64,000 nt of DNA. It comes from a plasmid. Below, piece after piece: positions 22,051-31,661 of this stretch; the stretch's first letter is position 1, and every line of letters begins with the position of its first letter. Location of the stretch: sequence record NZ_CP028351.1, one strand, 5' to 3'. The notes beneath the pieces are model-generated. The model ran no database searches and was not told the origin of the DNA. It saw only the letters and a program-made list of their open reading frames with translations. Made by a program: the position numbers and the translations under genes.

Positions 22051-22082
22051 CGGCTGAGCATCCTGACTCAGCCGTTTATCCT
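22051..22082 (+). terminator. Rho-independent terminator after the flagellin gene
   Basis: CGGCTGAG-loop-CTCAGCCG stem followed by a T-rich run. Confidence 0.5.
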
Positions 22083-22364
22083 GTTTCTTCACCATCTGAA
22101 CCGCCTGATTCCGCACCCTGCTGGCCCGACATTCGCGATTACACCTCGTCACCCTTTGATCCCAGTCACACAAACTCGTTTAAGATTCGTTTAAAGATGA
22201 TCGCGATCACCCTTCCTTGTTAAAGAAATGCTAAATCCTGACAACTATTTACTATCATCCTGCAGTGCAGGGTTAAATAAAACAACAGGTTAATTGTTAC
22301 CACGCTAACTAATTACCTGAATTTTCCTGGCTTCATGTAACTTTTTTATTACTTTTACGCCAAT

Positions 22365-23693
22365 GTGAGGGCTGCTATTTTGCTGACGATACTGGGTTTT
22401 TCCATGGTTGTTTGCTTCATGTATCTGATCATGACCAAACGCATGTCAGCCTTAATTGCGCTGATCCTGATACCAACTATATTTGCGCTGATTGGCGGAT
22501 TTTATGCCGGACTGGGTGCCATGATGCTGGATGGCGTCAAAAAGCTGGCGCCGACCGGTGTGATGCTGACCTTCTCCATTCTCTATTTTGGTCTGATGAT
22601 CGATGCCGGGCTGTTTGACCCGCTGGTACGCTTTATTCTCCGGCTGGTGCGTGGCGATCCCCTGAAAGTGCTGGTCGGCACCGCGGTGCTGACGCTGCTG
22701 GTTTCGCTGGATGGTGACAGCTCCACCACTTACATGATCGCTATCGCCGCGTTTCTACCGCTCTATCACCGGCTGGGCATGAACGTGCTGATGATGACCT
22801 GTCTGGTCAACCTCGCCAGCGGCATCATGAACCTTTCTCCCTGGGGTGGCCCGACGGCACGAGCCGCCGCAGCACTGCGCATTGATGCGCTCGACATCTT
22901 TATTCCGATGCTGCCAGCGATGCTGCTCGCCTGCGTCAGCCTGGTCGCGATGGCGGTGCTGTTTGGCCTGCGTGAGCGTAAACGGTTAGGCGTGATGACC
23001 ATGAAAGATCACCATCTCGACAACATCGAGCTGGGTCTGGGCGATGCCGAAGAGTGCGCTGCCAACCGCCGTCCGAAGATGTTCTGGCCTAACTTTATCC
23101 TGACCACGGTGCTGCTGGTGCTGCTGGTAATTGGTTTAATGCCGATTCAGATCCTGTTCATGCTGGCGTTTGCCATTGCAGTGATGCTCAACTATCCCAC
23201 GCTGGAGGAGCAGAAAGCCCGTATCAGCTCGCATGCCGGTAACGTGCTGGCGGTGACCGCGCTGATTTTTGCCGCCGGTATCTTCACGGGTATTCTCTCC
23301 GGCACCGGCATGGTGGATGCCATGGCGAAGAGTCTGCTGGCCGTGATCCCAACCAGCTTCGGACCTTACCTGGCGGTGTTTACCGCGCTGGTCAGCCTGC
23401 CGTTCACCTTCTTTATGTCGAATGATGCGTTTTACTTCGGCATCCTGCCGGTTATCGCGCAGACGGCGGCCAGCTACGGCATTACCGCCGAAGAGATTGC
23501 CCGTGCTTCCATTGTCGGTCAGCCGTTCCACCTGCTGAGCCCGCTGGTGCCGTCGGTCTACCTGCTGGTGGGCCTGGCGAAAGTCGATATCGGCGACCAC
23601 CAGCGCTTTGCCATCAAGTGGGGGATTCTGGTCAGTCTGGTATTGATGGCGGGCGGTCTGCTGACCGGTGCTTTCCCGCTGTTCCACAGTTAA
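22365..23693 (+). CDS. CitMHS family citrate / divalent-metal:H+ symporter
   Basis: N-terminus LTILGFSMVVCFMYLIMTKRMSALIALILIP resembles Bacillus CitM/CitH; polytopic membrane protein. A TTG at 22380 (giving MLTILGF) with GAGGG upstream is an alternative start. Confidence 0.8.
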   Translation: MRAAILLTILGFSMVVCFMYLIMTKRMSALIALILIPTIFALIGGFYAGLGAMMLDGVKKLAPTGVMLTFSILYFGLMIDAGLFDPLVRFILRLVRGDPLKVLVGTAVLTLLVSLDGDSSTTYMIAIAAFLPLYHRLGMNVLMMTCLVNLASGIMNLSPWGGPTARAAAALRIDALDIFIPMLPAMLLACVSLVAMAVLFGLRERKRLGVMTMKDHHLDNIELGLGDAEECAANRRPKMFWPNFILTTVLLVLLVIGLMPIQILFMLAFAIAVMLNYPTLEEQKARISSHAGNVLAVTALIFAAGIFTGILSGTGMVDAMAKSLLAVIPTSFGPYLAVFTALVSLPFTFFMSNDAFYFGILPVIAQTAASYGITAEEIARASIVGQPFHLLSPLVPSVYLLVGLAKVDIGDHQRFAIKWGILVSLVLMAGGLLTGAFPLFHS

Positions 23694-23858
23694 TTCTCTG
23701 CTTTCTGGCGGATAACCGGCTTTTTTTGCCCGGTTATCCGCTTCACCGCTCCGCCTGTTGTTGCAACCCGCTCTACACTCTATAGCCAGGCTGATGTGCT
23801 GCGCGCCAGACAGGCCGTAGTCTCTCAGAGATTTTGCCGATGACCCTATGGAGGCCCG

Positions 23859-24698
23859 ATGAAAATTCACCACCTTAACTGTGGTTGTATGTGCCCGCTG
23901 GGCGGCGCGTTCTATGATGGATTCAGTAAAGGCCTGAAAGCGCACCTGGTCTGTCACTGCCTGCTGATTGAGACAGATCGCGACGGGCTGGTGCTGGTCG
24001 ATACTGGCTTTGGGCGGCAGGATATCCATACGCCCGGCAGTCGCCTCTCGGGCTTTTTCCGCGCCTTAAACAATATTCAGCGGCGTGACGATCTCACCGC
24101 CTTGTCACAGGTGAAGGCACTGGGCTTTCGGGCTGACGATGTGCGGCATATTATTCTGACCCATCTTGATTTTGATCATGCTGGCGGACTGACCGATTTT
24201 CCGCAGGCGCGCATCCATCTGTTGCAGCAGGAGGTCGATACTGCCCACCAGCGTCATAGCTGGCTGTCGCGCGAGCGCTATCGTCCCGGACAATGGGGCG
24301 GGATCGGCAACTGGGAAACCTATCAGCCGCAGGGGGAAACATGGTTTGGTTTTGAGGCGGTAAATCGCCTGCGGGATTTACCACCGGAGATTTTGCTGGT
24401 GCCGCTGGCGGGCCATACGCCGGGTCACGCGGGCATTGCGATTCAGCAACCCGATGGCTGGCTGCTGCACGGCGGCGACACCTGGTTTTACCGCGGCGAA
24501 ATGCGACAGCCGACGCGCCACTGCACGCCGGGACTGCGCTTTTACCAGTGGATGATGGGCATGGATAATGTGGCCAGACGGCACAACCAGCAGCGACTCC
24601 GTGAACTCTCCTGCCAGCGCGGCGGCGAAATCACCTTTTTCTGCAGTCACGATGCGCGCGAACTGGATGCGTTGCAGATTAATGCGCCGCTGCGCTGA
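23859..24698 (+). CDS. MBL-fold metallo-hydrolase with variant metal motif
   Basis: THLDFDHAGG (HxDxDH instead of HxHxDH) plus downstream His/Asp residues; 279 aa. Confidence 0.7.
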   Translation: MKIHHLNCGCMCPLGGAFYDGFSKGLKAHLVCHCLLIETDRDGLVLVDTGFGRQDIHTPGSRLSGFFRALNNIQRRDDLTALSQVKALGFRADDVRHIILTHLDFDHAGGLTDFPQARIHLLQQEVDTAHQRHSWLSRERYRPGQWGGIGNWETYQPQGETWFGFEAVNRLRDLPPEILLVPLAGHTPGHAGIAIQQPDGWLLHGGDTWFYRGEMRQPTRHCTPGLRFYQWMMGMDNVARRHNQQRLRELSCQRGGEITFFCSHDARELDALQINAPLR

Positions 24699-24746
24699 TG
24701 CGATAAACTCCGTAATGGTGATGGGGCAGTCACCTCAGGGCGAGGA

Positions 24747-25061
24747 CTATGCCGTCCCGTCACTCCCCTGGGACGTCACGAGCCCCGGATGCAGAGGCAC
24801 GCCGGAAACGTCCGTATTTTCACGCGCTTTGTGCAGATCGCATGCAGCCTGCATGGATAACCAGAGCCGCGCTGAAATACCCAGCCCCGCCTCCAGCCGA
24901 AGAGCCATTTCCGGGCTTACGGAGGCTTTTCCGCCTGACACTTTGCTCAGCGATGCCGCCGAAACGCCCAGCTGTTTAGCCAGACTGCGCATACTGATGT
25001 CATTATCTTCCAGATATTCCGCTATCAGGCTGCCTGGGTGTGGCGGTTTAAACATTACCAT
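24747..25061 (-). CDS. higA: HigA-family antitoxin (XRE HTH)
   Basis: MVMFKPPHPGSLIAEYLEDNDISMRSLAKQLGVSAASLSKV.. tracks Proteus/Vibrio HigA. GAGG lies 8 nt before the ATG, which overlaps the higB-remnant stop (TGATG). Confidence 0.8.
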   Translation of the reverse strand: MVMFKPPHPGSLIAEYLEDNDISMRSLAKQLGVSAASLSKVSGGKASVSPEMALRLEAGLGISARLWLSMQAACDLHKARENTDVSGVPLHPGLVTSQGSDGTA

Positions 25062-25198
25062 CAATGATAATCCTCGCGGTTGAGAATGAATGCGTCGACG
25101 TCCGTGAATCCGAATGTGATGTGCCAGTTTGCTCTGACCGGAACTGAATAGACGTTCTTTCTTTCCCCGTGCCTGGGTAAAAGCGAAAGCCCGGCTTT
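25061..25198 (-). pseudogene. higB: 5'-truncated higB toxin remnant (C-terminal ~45 codons only)
   Basis: The reading frame [45 protein letters not shown] matches the HigB C-terminus (..HPLKGDREGYWSITVRANWRITFQFINGDAYILNYEDYH). An in-frame stop lies just upstream and there is no start codon. The N-terminal half has been replaced by the divergent yefM gene. Confidence 0.6.
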
Positions 25199-25239
25199 TC
25201 ATTGTACAATGGTTTGTTTTATTCACTGCGGAGGTCTTT

Positions 25240-25491
25240 ATGAAAGCCATCATTTTCGGCGAAGCCCGACGGAATCTTTCTGCCACGATGATTCAGACGG
25301 CAGAAGATAAAGCGCCAGTAATGATCATTCGCCGGAACGGTGAGTCCTGCGTGCTGATGTCGACTGAAGAATATAACTCACTGGAAGAGACGGACTGGCT
25401 ACTGCGATCGCCCAGGAATGCCCGCAGATTGATGGATGCTATCGAAAGCCTGCGAAGCGGTGACGGGACTGACAGGAATGTGATTGCGTAA
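25240..25491 (+). CDS. yefM: YefM/Phd-family antitoxin, full length
   Basis: 83 aa; ..[45 protein letters not shown] is nearly colinear with E. coli YefM. Confidence 0.85.
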   Translation: MKAIIFGEARRNLSATMIQTAEDKAPVMIIRRNGESCVLMSTEEYNSLEETDWLLRSPRNARRLMDAIESLRSGDGTDRNVIA

Positions 25492-25577
25492 AACTGTCCA
25501 GGTCCGCAGAAGCCCGGCGGGTCTTTGCCGTCAGTGGGGATGCTCTGTCAATCGCCTTATGCCGCTATCATTATTGA
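25488..25577 (+). pseudogene. yoeB: yoeB toxin remnant (internal in-frame deletion, ATG replaced by GTA)
   Basis: The frame overlapping the yefM stop reads [29 protein letters not shown], i.e. the YoeB N-terminus (MKLIWSEE) joined to its C-terminus (RLVYAVTDDSLLIAACRYHY), with about 55 codons missing. Confidence 0.5.
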
Positions 25578-25650
25578 CGGGCTCAGGAGTTTACCCCTGA
25601 GCCCTTATCTTGCGCCTGTTTCAGCGGCGTCGTCATCCACCGCAATCCTG

Positions 25651-28188
25651 TTACGTCGGATCGCCCGCCCTCTTTTTAAGCTGTGCGGAAAGCCATGGCG
25701 CAGTCAGACTCTCTGCGGATGTGCTGACCGCTTCCGGCGTACCGGACGAGACAATCCTTCCGCCCTTCAGCCCCGAACCGGGCCCCAGATCAATCACCCA
25801 GTCCGCCTCTGCCACAATGCGCATTGTGTGTTCCGCCATCACGACGGTGTGGCCGCGCGTTACCAGTTCATTCAGCACAATCAGCAGTTTGTCCATGTCG
25901 GATGGGTGCAACCCGGTTGACGGTTCATCAAGCAGATAGAGCGTGGCTGTGCGCTGGACGCGTTGCAGCTCCCAGGCGAGCTTGATGCGCTGACACTCAC
26001 CGCCAGAGAGCTCCGTGGCGGGCTGACCCAGCGTCAGGTATCCCAGCCCCAGAGATCGCAGTGCCGACAGGGAACGCTGGATCCCGTCGTACCCGTCAAA
26101 CACCCTGGTGGCATCGTCTACGGTAAGATCAAGCACATCCGCTATGGTCAGGTCGTTCCACTTCACCTCTAGCGTTTCGGGGTTGTAGCGGCTTCCCGCA
26201 CAGACCGAGCAGGTTGCGGTGGCGCTGGGCATAAAGAGCAGCTCTATCGAAATCTGTCCCTGACCCTCGCACGCAGGACAGCGACCCGCGGGCAGATTGA
26301 AGGAAAACCGGCTGGCGCTGAAACCTCGGGCTTTCGCCTCGGGGGTCTCTGCAAACAGCCGGCGGACGATATCGAAAAAGCCGGTATAGGTGGCCAGATT
26401 GGAGCGTGGCGTCCGCCCGATAGGGCGCTGATCGATTCTGACCAGACGGCCAATGGCGTCATTTCCGCTGAGAACCTGACCTTTAACGTCCGGCACCAGG
26501 TCCTCTTCTTCACCCTCTTCACTGTCAGATGTTTTGTCAAAACGTCCGAGCATTTCCGGAAGAACGCGATTCAGCAGCGTCGATTTGCCTGAGCCGGAAA
26601 CGCCGGTAACCGCCGTCATTCTCGCCAGTGGGATGGCGATATCCACGCCGATAATATTGTTGCAATGGACCTGCTCAAGCCTGAGCCAGCTCTCCGCGGG
26701 CTGGCGCTGGCGCAGCCCGGTATAGCTGCGGGAAAAGAGATAGCCTGATGTCGGTGAGGCACTGACGTCTTTAAGGCCTGCCGGTTCACCGTTATAAACG
26801 ATCTCACCACCATGCGTTCCCGGACCGGGGCCGACCTCGATGAGCCAGTCAGCCTCGGCGATGAGGTCGAGGTTATGTTCGACGACCACCAGCGAGTTAC
26901 CTGCACGCACAAGATTCCTGAGGGATGCGAGCAGCGCTTTGACATCCTCAGGATGCAGACCAGCTGAAGGCTCATCCAGCACGTAAAGCACGCCAAACAG
27001 CCGCGATATCAGCTGGGTAGCCAGACGTACGCGCTGCAACTCGCCGGAGGAGAGCAGCGTGGTGCGGCGTCCCGGTGCCAGATGCCCAAGTCCCAGCGTC
27101 TCAAGCTGTTCAAGCCGCATGCAGATATCTGACGCCATCCGGATGACGGCTTCCCGCAGCGCCGCCTCGGCAGGCAGATCTGATGATGAACCGTCTGCAT
27201 AAGGCCTCAGCCGTTCAGCAAGTTCAGAAACCGACAGCTCACTCAGACTGGCAATGTCATAACCGGCAAAGGTCACGGACAGTGCGTTCCGGTTTAACCT
27301 TTTGCCATGACACACTGAACAGGGCGTGACCGTGACAAAGCGCGCCAGCCGTTTTTTCGTCGTCTCGCTGCCACCGGAATAGCTCTGCAATACGATTTTA
27401 GCTGCGCTGGTGTAGGTGCCGGTATAAGCGGGCTCTTCGCCAGCCGCCAGGGCTTTTTCACGCTGTTCAGCGTTCAGACCCATAAAAATCGGCACTGATG
27501 GCTGCTCGTCAGTCAGCAGTATCCACTGCTGGTCGCGGGCTGAAAGCGTATCCCAGGGGGCATCGACATCGTAGCCGAGCGTCTCAAGGATGCTGCGCAG
27601 ATTTTTGTTATGCCAGCCCCGCGGCCATGAAGCTATGGCGCCCTGCCGGATGCTCAGTGACCTGTCCGGCACCATCGCCTCGGTTCTGACGGTATGAACC
27701 CGTCCCAGCCCCTGGCAATGCGGACAGGCACCTTCAGGATTGTTAGGCGAGAAATAATCGGCGGTCATAAACGGCACACCGTCAGGCCTTGTGCCCGCAC
27801 GGGAAAACAGCAGGCGCAGCGTGACGGAAATTCGGGTCAGGCTGCCTACCGTTGAACGCTCCTGCGCGCCAGCCCGGCTCTGCTGAAGCGCCACCGCAGG
27901 CGGGAGTCCGTCAATATTATCCACATCCGGCGCAGCGGCCTGATCGATCAGGCGACGGGCATGGGGTGAAACCGACTCGATAAACCGGCGCTGGGCTTCT
28001 GCATAAAGCGTATCAAAGGCGAGTGAGGATTTCCCGGAGCCTGAAACCCCCGTGAACACCACCATGGCATTACGGGGAAACCGCAGCGATACATCTTTGA
28101 GGTTATGTGTTCTTGCACCCTGTACCGAGACATAAGGATCAATGTGCTCATCAGCGCGATAAGTATGGGCGTTATCTTGTTCTGTCAT
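25651..28188 (-). CDS. Class II UvrA-like ABC ATPase (UvrA paralog lacking the UvrB-binding domain)
   Basis: Two ABC modules ([10 protein letters not shown] / [10 protein letters not shown] Walker A; LSGGE signatures) and zinc-finger Cys pairs. Only about 25 aa separate [10 protein letters not shown] from the CPHCQG zinc finger, against about 140 aa in canonical UvrA. Total length is 845 aa against about 940 aa. Confidence 0.85.
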   Translation of the reverse strand: MTEQDNAHTYRADEHIDPYVSVQGARTHNLKDVSLRFPRNAMVVFTGVSGSGKSSLAFDTLYAEAQRRFIESVSPHARRLIDQAAAPDVDNIDGLPPAVALQQSRAGAQERSTVGSLTRISVTLRLLFSRAGTRPDGVPFMTADYFSPNNPEGACPHCQGLGRVHTVRTEAMVPDRSLSIRQGAIASWPRGWHNKNLRSILETLGYDVDAPWDTLSARDQQWILLTDEQPSVPIFMGLNAEQREKALAAGEEPAYTGTYTSAAKIVLQSYSGGSETTKKRLARFVTVTPCSVCHGKRLNRNALSVTFAGYDIASLSELSVSELAERLRPYADGSSSDLPAEAALREAVIRMASDICMRLEQLETLGLGHLAPGRRTTLLSSGELQRVRLATQLISRLFGVLYVLDEPSAGLHPEDVKALLASLRNLVRAGNSLVVVEHNLDLIAEADWLIEVGPGPGTHGGEIVYNGEPAGLKDVSASPTSGYLFSRSYTGLRQRQPAESWLRLEQVHCNNIIGVDIAIPLARMTAVTGVSGSGKSTLLNRVLPEMLGRFDKTSDSEEGEEEDLVPDVKGQVLSGNDAIGRLVRIDQRPIGRTPRSNLATYTGFFDIVRRLFAETPEAKARGFSASRFSFNLPAGRCPACEGQGQISIELLFMPSATATCSVCAGSRYNPETLEVKWNDLTIADVLDLTVDDATRVFDGYDGIQRSLSALRSLGLGYLTLGQPATELSGGECQRIKLAWELQRVQRTATLYLLDEPSTGLHPSDMDKLLIVLNELVTRGHTVVMAEHTMRIVAEADWVIDLGPGSGLKGGRIVSSGTPEAVSTSAESLTAPWLSAQLKKRAGDPT

Positions 28189-28379
28189 GATGTCCCTGTT
28201 TGATGATGCAAGGCAGATTAACGATCAGCTGCCGTTAATGACTGAAAATTGCAGAGGCTGACCCGGCTTTCGGGCTATCCGGCCCATTACGGGACAGAAA
28301 CACCAGCAAGGGTAGTCAGGGATTTTAGTCTGCACAACGCGGGGGCAGCTGATTCAGGACAGTAAAAAGAACAGCACAT

Positions 28380-28404
28380 AAAAAAGCCCACACAAGGTGG
28401 GCTT
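28380..28404 (-). terminator. Rho-independent terminator (AGCCCAC-acaag-GTGGGCT) with flanking A/T runs
   Basis: Perfect 7-bp stem; a T-run follows on the minus strand, directly after the 28408..28800 gene. Confidence 0.6.
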
Positions 28405-28407
28405 TAG

Positions 28408-28800
28408 TTACCGGGCGCTTATCCTTTCGGATTGAGCTGCACCTACGAGTGATGCGAGCGGAATATTGAACATTTTATGCAGGTTCCGGATCATGGGCAG
28501 CGTCAGCGCACGCTTATGATTCAGTACCTCATAGACGCGGTTCGGGCGTCCAATTGCCGGCACCAGGTCTTTCGCTGTCAGCCCCATTTGTTCCATGCGG
28601 AATTTAATCGCCTCCACCGGATCAGGAGCCTCAATCGGATAATGTTCCTGTTCATATTTTTCAATAAGCAGGATCATGACTTCCAGAAAGTCACCGACTT
28701 CACTTCCCGGTTCTGGCTGATTGTCGACCAGGGGAGATACGGCGGCCAGAGCGGCTTCATAATCTGCTTCACTGTGAATCGGTTTGATCTTATAAGTCAT
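28408..28800 (-). CDS. HigA-family (YgjM-like) antitoxin-type HTH protein, solitary
   Basis: C-terminal HTH (GRPNRVYEVLNHKRALTLPMIRNLHKMFNIPLASLV) and N-terminal partner-binding region, an arrangement like E. coli HigA/YgjM. No intact toxin gene lies upstream. Confidence 0.6.
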   Translation of the reverse strand: MTYKIKPIHSEADYEAALAAVSPLVDNQPEPGSEVGDFLEVMILLIEKYEQEHYPIEAPDPVEAIKFRMEQMGLTAKDLVPAIGRPNRVYEVLNHKRALTLPMIRNLHKMFNIPLASLVGAAQSERISAR

Positions 28801-29040
28801 CACATTTCCATCGTATTTGCATTTACCCTGTCGTACGTCGTTTTATCTCAAGATGATGGCTATGTCATTGCGCGCTCAGCAGAAACAAAGCACATGAGCA
28901 TAAAAATGGCGTACATGTGTTCAGATCCAGTCATGAACGTTACGCTGGCAGGTCGGCACAGATAAGTGCCATTCCGGGCGAAAAAAACTGAAAGGCGATC
29001 CCGCGCCGCAGATTTCATTCAAAACGTGCTCTGCACGCAA

Positions 29041-29070
29041 AAAAAAAACCCGTCAGCGACGGGTTTTTTC
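29041..29070. terminator. Bidirectional rho-independent terminator (A8-CCCGTC-agc-GACGGG-T6)
   Basis: Strong hairpin flanked by an A-run and a T-run, located after the 29095..30561 minus-strand gene. Confidence 0.65.
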
Positions 29071-29094
29071 AGGCCTGAAAGATGAAAGTCAGCG

Positions 29095-30561
29095 TTACGG
29101 CTTTTTAAACTTGTCTTCGACCTTATCTTTTGCTTCAGCAATTTTATCCCCGGCTTTTTCCACGAAACCCTCTTTATGGGCGGGTTCGCTGCCTGGCGTT
29201 ACCGGACGGCTGTCGTGGTCAGCGCGCGCCTGACGCGTGCTTTCCAGCAGCGGATCGGTCGCGGCAGGATTACCGGTCACCGGATCTGCATTGAGATGGT
29301 CGGCACGAGCATGATCAATATCCACTTCCTGACGACGCACCGAGTCATTGATGGTTTCGACCCGATCGCTTGCCTCTTTACGCAGCACCACTTCTTCGAT
29401 GATCTGCGCAGTCTTATTGACGACCGGCTGCTCATGCGTCTCTTCCACTTCAATCGTTTTCTCGGACCAGTCAACCTGGTCCGGTGAGCCCGTTTCGCTC
29501 ACCGGACGACGGAATATTTCCGCATGTTGCTCATGCAGAGAGACGTTTTCAGACACCCGATCCGTAACAGTGTAGCGGCGCACGCGGGTTGATCCTTCGC
29601 TGACCAGTCGTTTACCTACTTCCAGTCGCTCTTCGGCCAGACGCAGCACATCCTCGTCACTCTCATCACCGGTCAGGGCAGTACGCGCCGCGCCGCGATG
29701 GGCAGAATCGGTTTGCAGCGGATCGATGGCACCGTTTTCCTGAAGCGTACCGCTGGCGGGCGCAGTCAGACCATCATCGGGCGCATAGTCATCAGGCAGC
29801 GCGGCACTGCGTTCAGTCAGCTCTTCATGTGCATCCAGAATACCCAGTGCGCGCGGCAACTCATCCTCATCGGCCCGCAGCGACAGCACCACACCGCCGG
29901 TACGCATCGCATCTTCATAGACTTCGGCCTGATCCTCTTCCAGCGTGTTGCCAAACAGGCGCTGCCAGAATCCCGGATGACGGGCTTCATGACCTTCAGT
30001 ACGCAGCCGTTCACCGGAGATGATATCAATGTCATCATCCAGGAACCCGACCTTAATCAGGTTACGCTTTGCACCTTCTGCCAGTGAGATATTGCTGAAC
30101 ATTGTTACGATTGTTTCACGCGCCATGTTGTGTTCCTCGGTGATGGATTCGGACGGCTCTGAATAGGGTATTCGGGTCAGATGAGCCTGCTGTCGGCGCA
30201 GGGAGACAATCTGTTCTGTCTCCACCTCGCTGACGACTGTGCGAATGTGCCACTCCTCTTTCAGCACCAGATGACGGACGATCTCGACCTCTTCTTCGAC
30301 AATCGGAATAATCAGGACGCCATTTTCTTCACGAATCGCCGGCATCTCAGTTAGCCGCTCCGATTTAGGAATGCGTTGAATATCCGCCGTCTGCTGCCGG
30401 AGCATCAGCGCAATTTGCTGCTGATGTTCAGTGACCTGGCGGGTAACCCTGACATGACCGTCGATGACCCGCTGTTTCGAGACCTCAACGGTTTCCTCCG
30501 CCAGACTTAAGACCTGTTCGCTACCCTCTGACCCTGGTTTTTCAGGAGGTTGATTGTTCAT
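29095..30561 (-). CDS. YsnF/AvaK (DUF2382) repeat general-stress protein
   Basis: Several copies of a charged repeat of the form L.LAEE.VEV.K..V..G.VRV.R.V.E; acidic, 488 aa. Confidence 0.55.
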   Translation of the reverse strand: MNNQPPEKPGSEGSEQVLSLAEETVEVSKQRVIDGHVRVTRQVTEHQQQIALMLRQQTADIQRIPKSERLTEMPAIREENGVLIIPIVEEEVEIVRHLVLKEEWHIRTVVSEVETEQIVSLRRQQAHLTRIPYSEPSESITEEHNMARETIVTMFSNISLAEGAKRNLIKVGFLDDDIDIISGERLRTEGHEARHPGFWQRLFGNTLEEDQAEVYEDAMRTGGVVLSLRADEDELPRALGILDAHEELTERSAALPDDYAPDDGLTAPASGTLQENGAIDPLQTDSAHRGAARTALTGDESDEDVLRLAEERLEVGKRLVSEGSTRVRRYTVTDRVSENVSLHEQHAEIFRRPVSETGSPDQVDWSEKTIEVEETHEQPVVNKTAQIIEEVVLRKEASDRVETINDSVRRQEVDIDHARADHLNADPVTGNPAATDPLLESTRQARADHDSRPVTPGSEPAHKEGFVEKAGDKIAEAKDKVEDKFKKP

Positions 30562-30837
30562 GGTTAACCTGCCTGTGATACAGAGCGATCATTTGTACTT
30601 TCCCTGGCCTTGAGCATAAGTGACTGCTTTTGGGTTAGTTAAAGCCTGGCACAAAGAATGATAATGGAAAGAAAAAAGCAGAAATATGCCGCGATGTGAA
30701 GATAACTTGGCGCTAAAATCGGATAAGCGATGCGGCAGATAAAAAGAGGATCAAAGGGTGAATAGCAGTGAAATCTCTGTTTTCAGATGAGTCAAAGAGA
30801 AGGGATCGGGCAGTGAGCTCGCCTGACGTGCCTAATG

Positions 30838-31407
30838 TCACGGGTTGATCCATCCGCTTTCCTGCCGTTCCCCATGGGCAGAATAGTAAAACAGTGCGCG
30901 CTGATTATCATTGCGCTGAAGCTGATACGCATCCAGCATGCTGACCTGCACAATCACCACGCCAAAACGCGATTCGCCCGTTTCTGCTGTCGACGCGTCC
31001 GGTAGCTCATGAGCGGGAGCCTGCGCTTCTCCCGGCGGCCCGCCGATGTACGTCTGGCGCGTGTGCTGGGGTAACGTGCGCCAGGCGTCATGGGCAACAG
31101 CACTTCCCGCTGCATAACATTCAGCCTGTCCCACCAGCCGGAGCTGCAGGCGACGCTCATGGCAATATCCCAGCACGGTAACCTGGGGGTTCGCTGCCAT
31201 CTCCAGCCACTTCGGACTACGCACATCGGTATGAAAGGTCAGCATCCGGCGAACGTCATGGCACTCGCGCAGGACCACCGTGCGTGCCTGAGGCTGTTGT
31301 GCAGCATCCGCGGTAGCGAGTGTCAGATAACGAAATCCGGCCTGCGGATCGGCGGCAGCCTCTGCCAGTGCTGCCCAGCTGGCTGTTTCAAAGCTTTTCA
31401 GATCCAT
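30838..31407 (-). CDS. Pyridoxamine 5'-phosphate oxidase-family (FMN-binding split-barrel) protein
   Basis: PNPOx-like sequence signature (..FRYLTLATADAAQQPQARTVVLRE..); 189 aa. Confidence 0.6.
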   Translation of the reverse strand: MDLKSFETASWAALAEAAADPQAGFRYLTLATADAAQQPQARTVVLRECHDVRRMLTFHTDVRSPKWLEMAANPQVTVLGYCHERRLQLRLVGQAECYAAGSAVAHDAWRTLPQHTRQTYIGGPPGEAQAPAHELPDASTAETGESRFGVVIVQVSMLDAYQLQRNDNQRALFYYSAHGERQESGWINP

Positions 31408-31661
31408 TGGAAATTACTCTCATCAGGGACAATGTCAGCCATCTGGCTAAAAGCGTAGCAATGATGTGAGCAGATGGCCTGTCCGCTCTGCTCTGGCAGG
31501 AAAATATGACCCGCGACTCGCCGCGCAATACCGCGGAAGAGTAAGACAGCCGCGTGATTGCGGAACGCCTCGCAAAGTCGCGAACGCGCGTCCCGCCAGT
31601 CTGCCGCTCTGTGCTATTTTTGCGCCATCACCTTACCGTTTTGTCCGCAGGGAATGGCACT

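Noticed and set aside
23136-24029. 297-aa ORF on the minus strand
   Set aside because: It lies almost entirely antisense to the CitMHS transporter and the start of the MBL hydrolase. It is Arg/Gln/His-rich low-complexity sequence typical of shadow frames in GC-rich genes, and has no RBS or motif.
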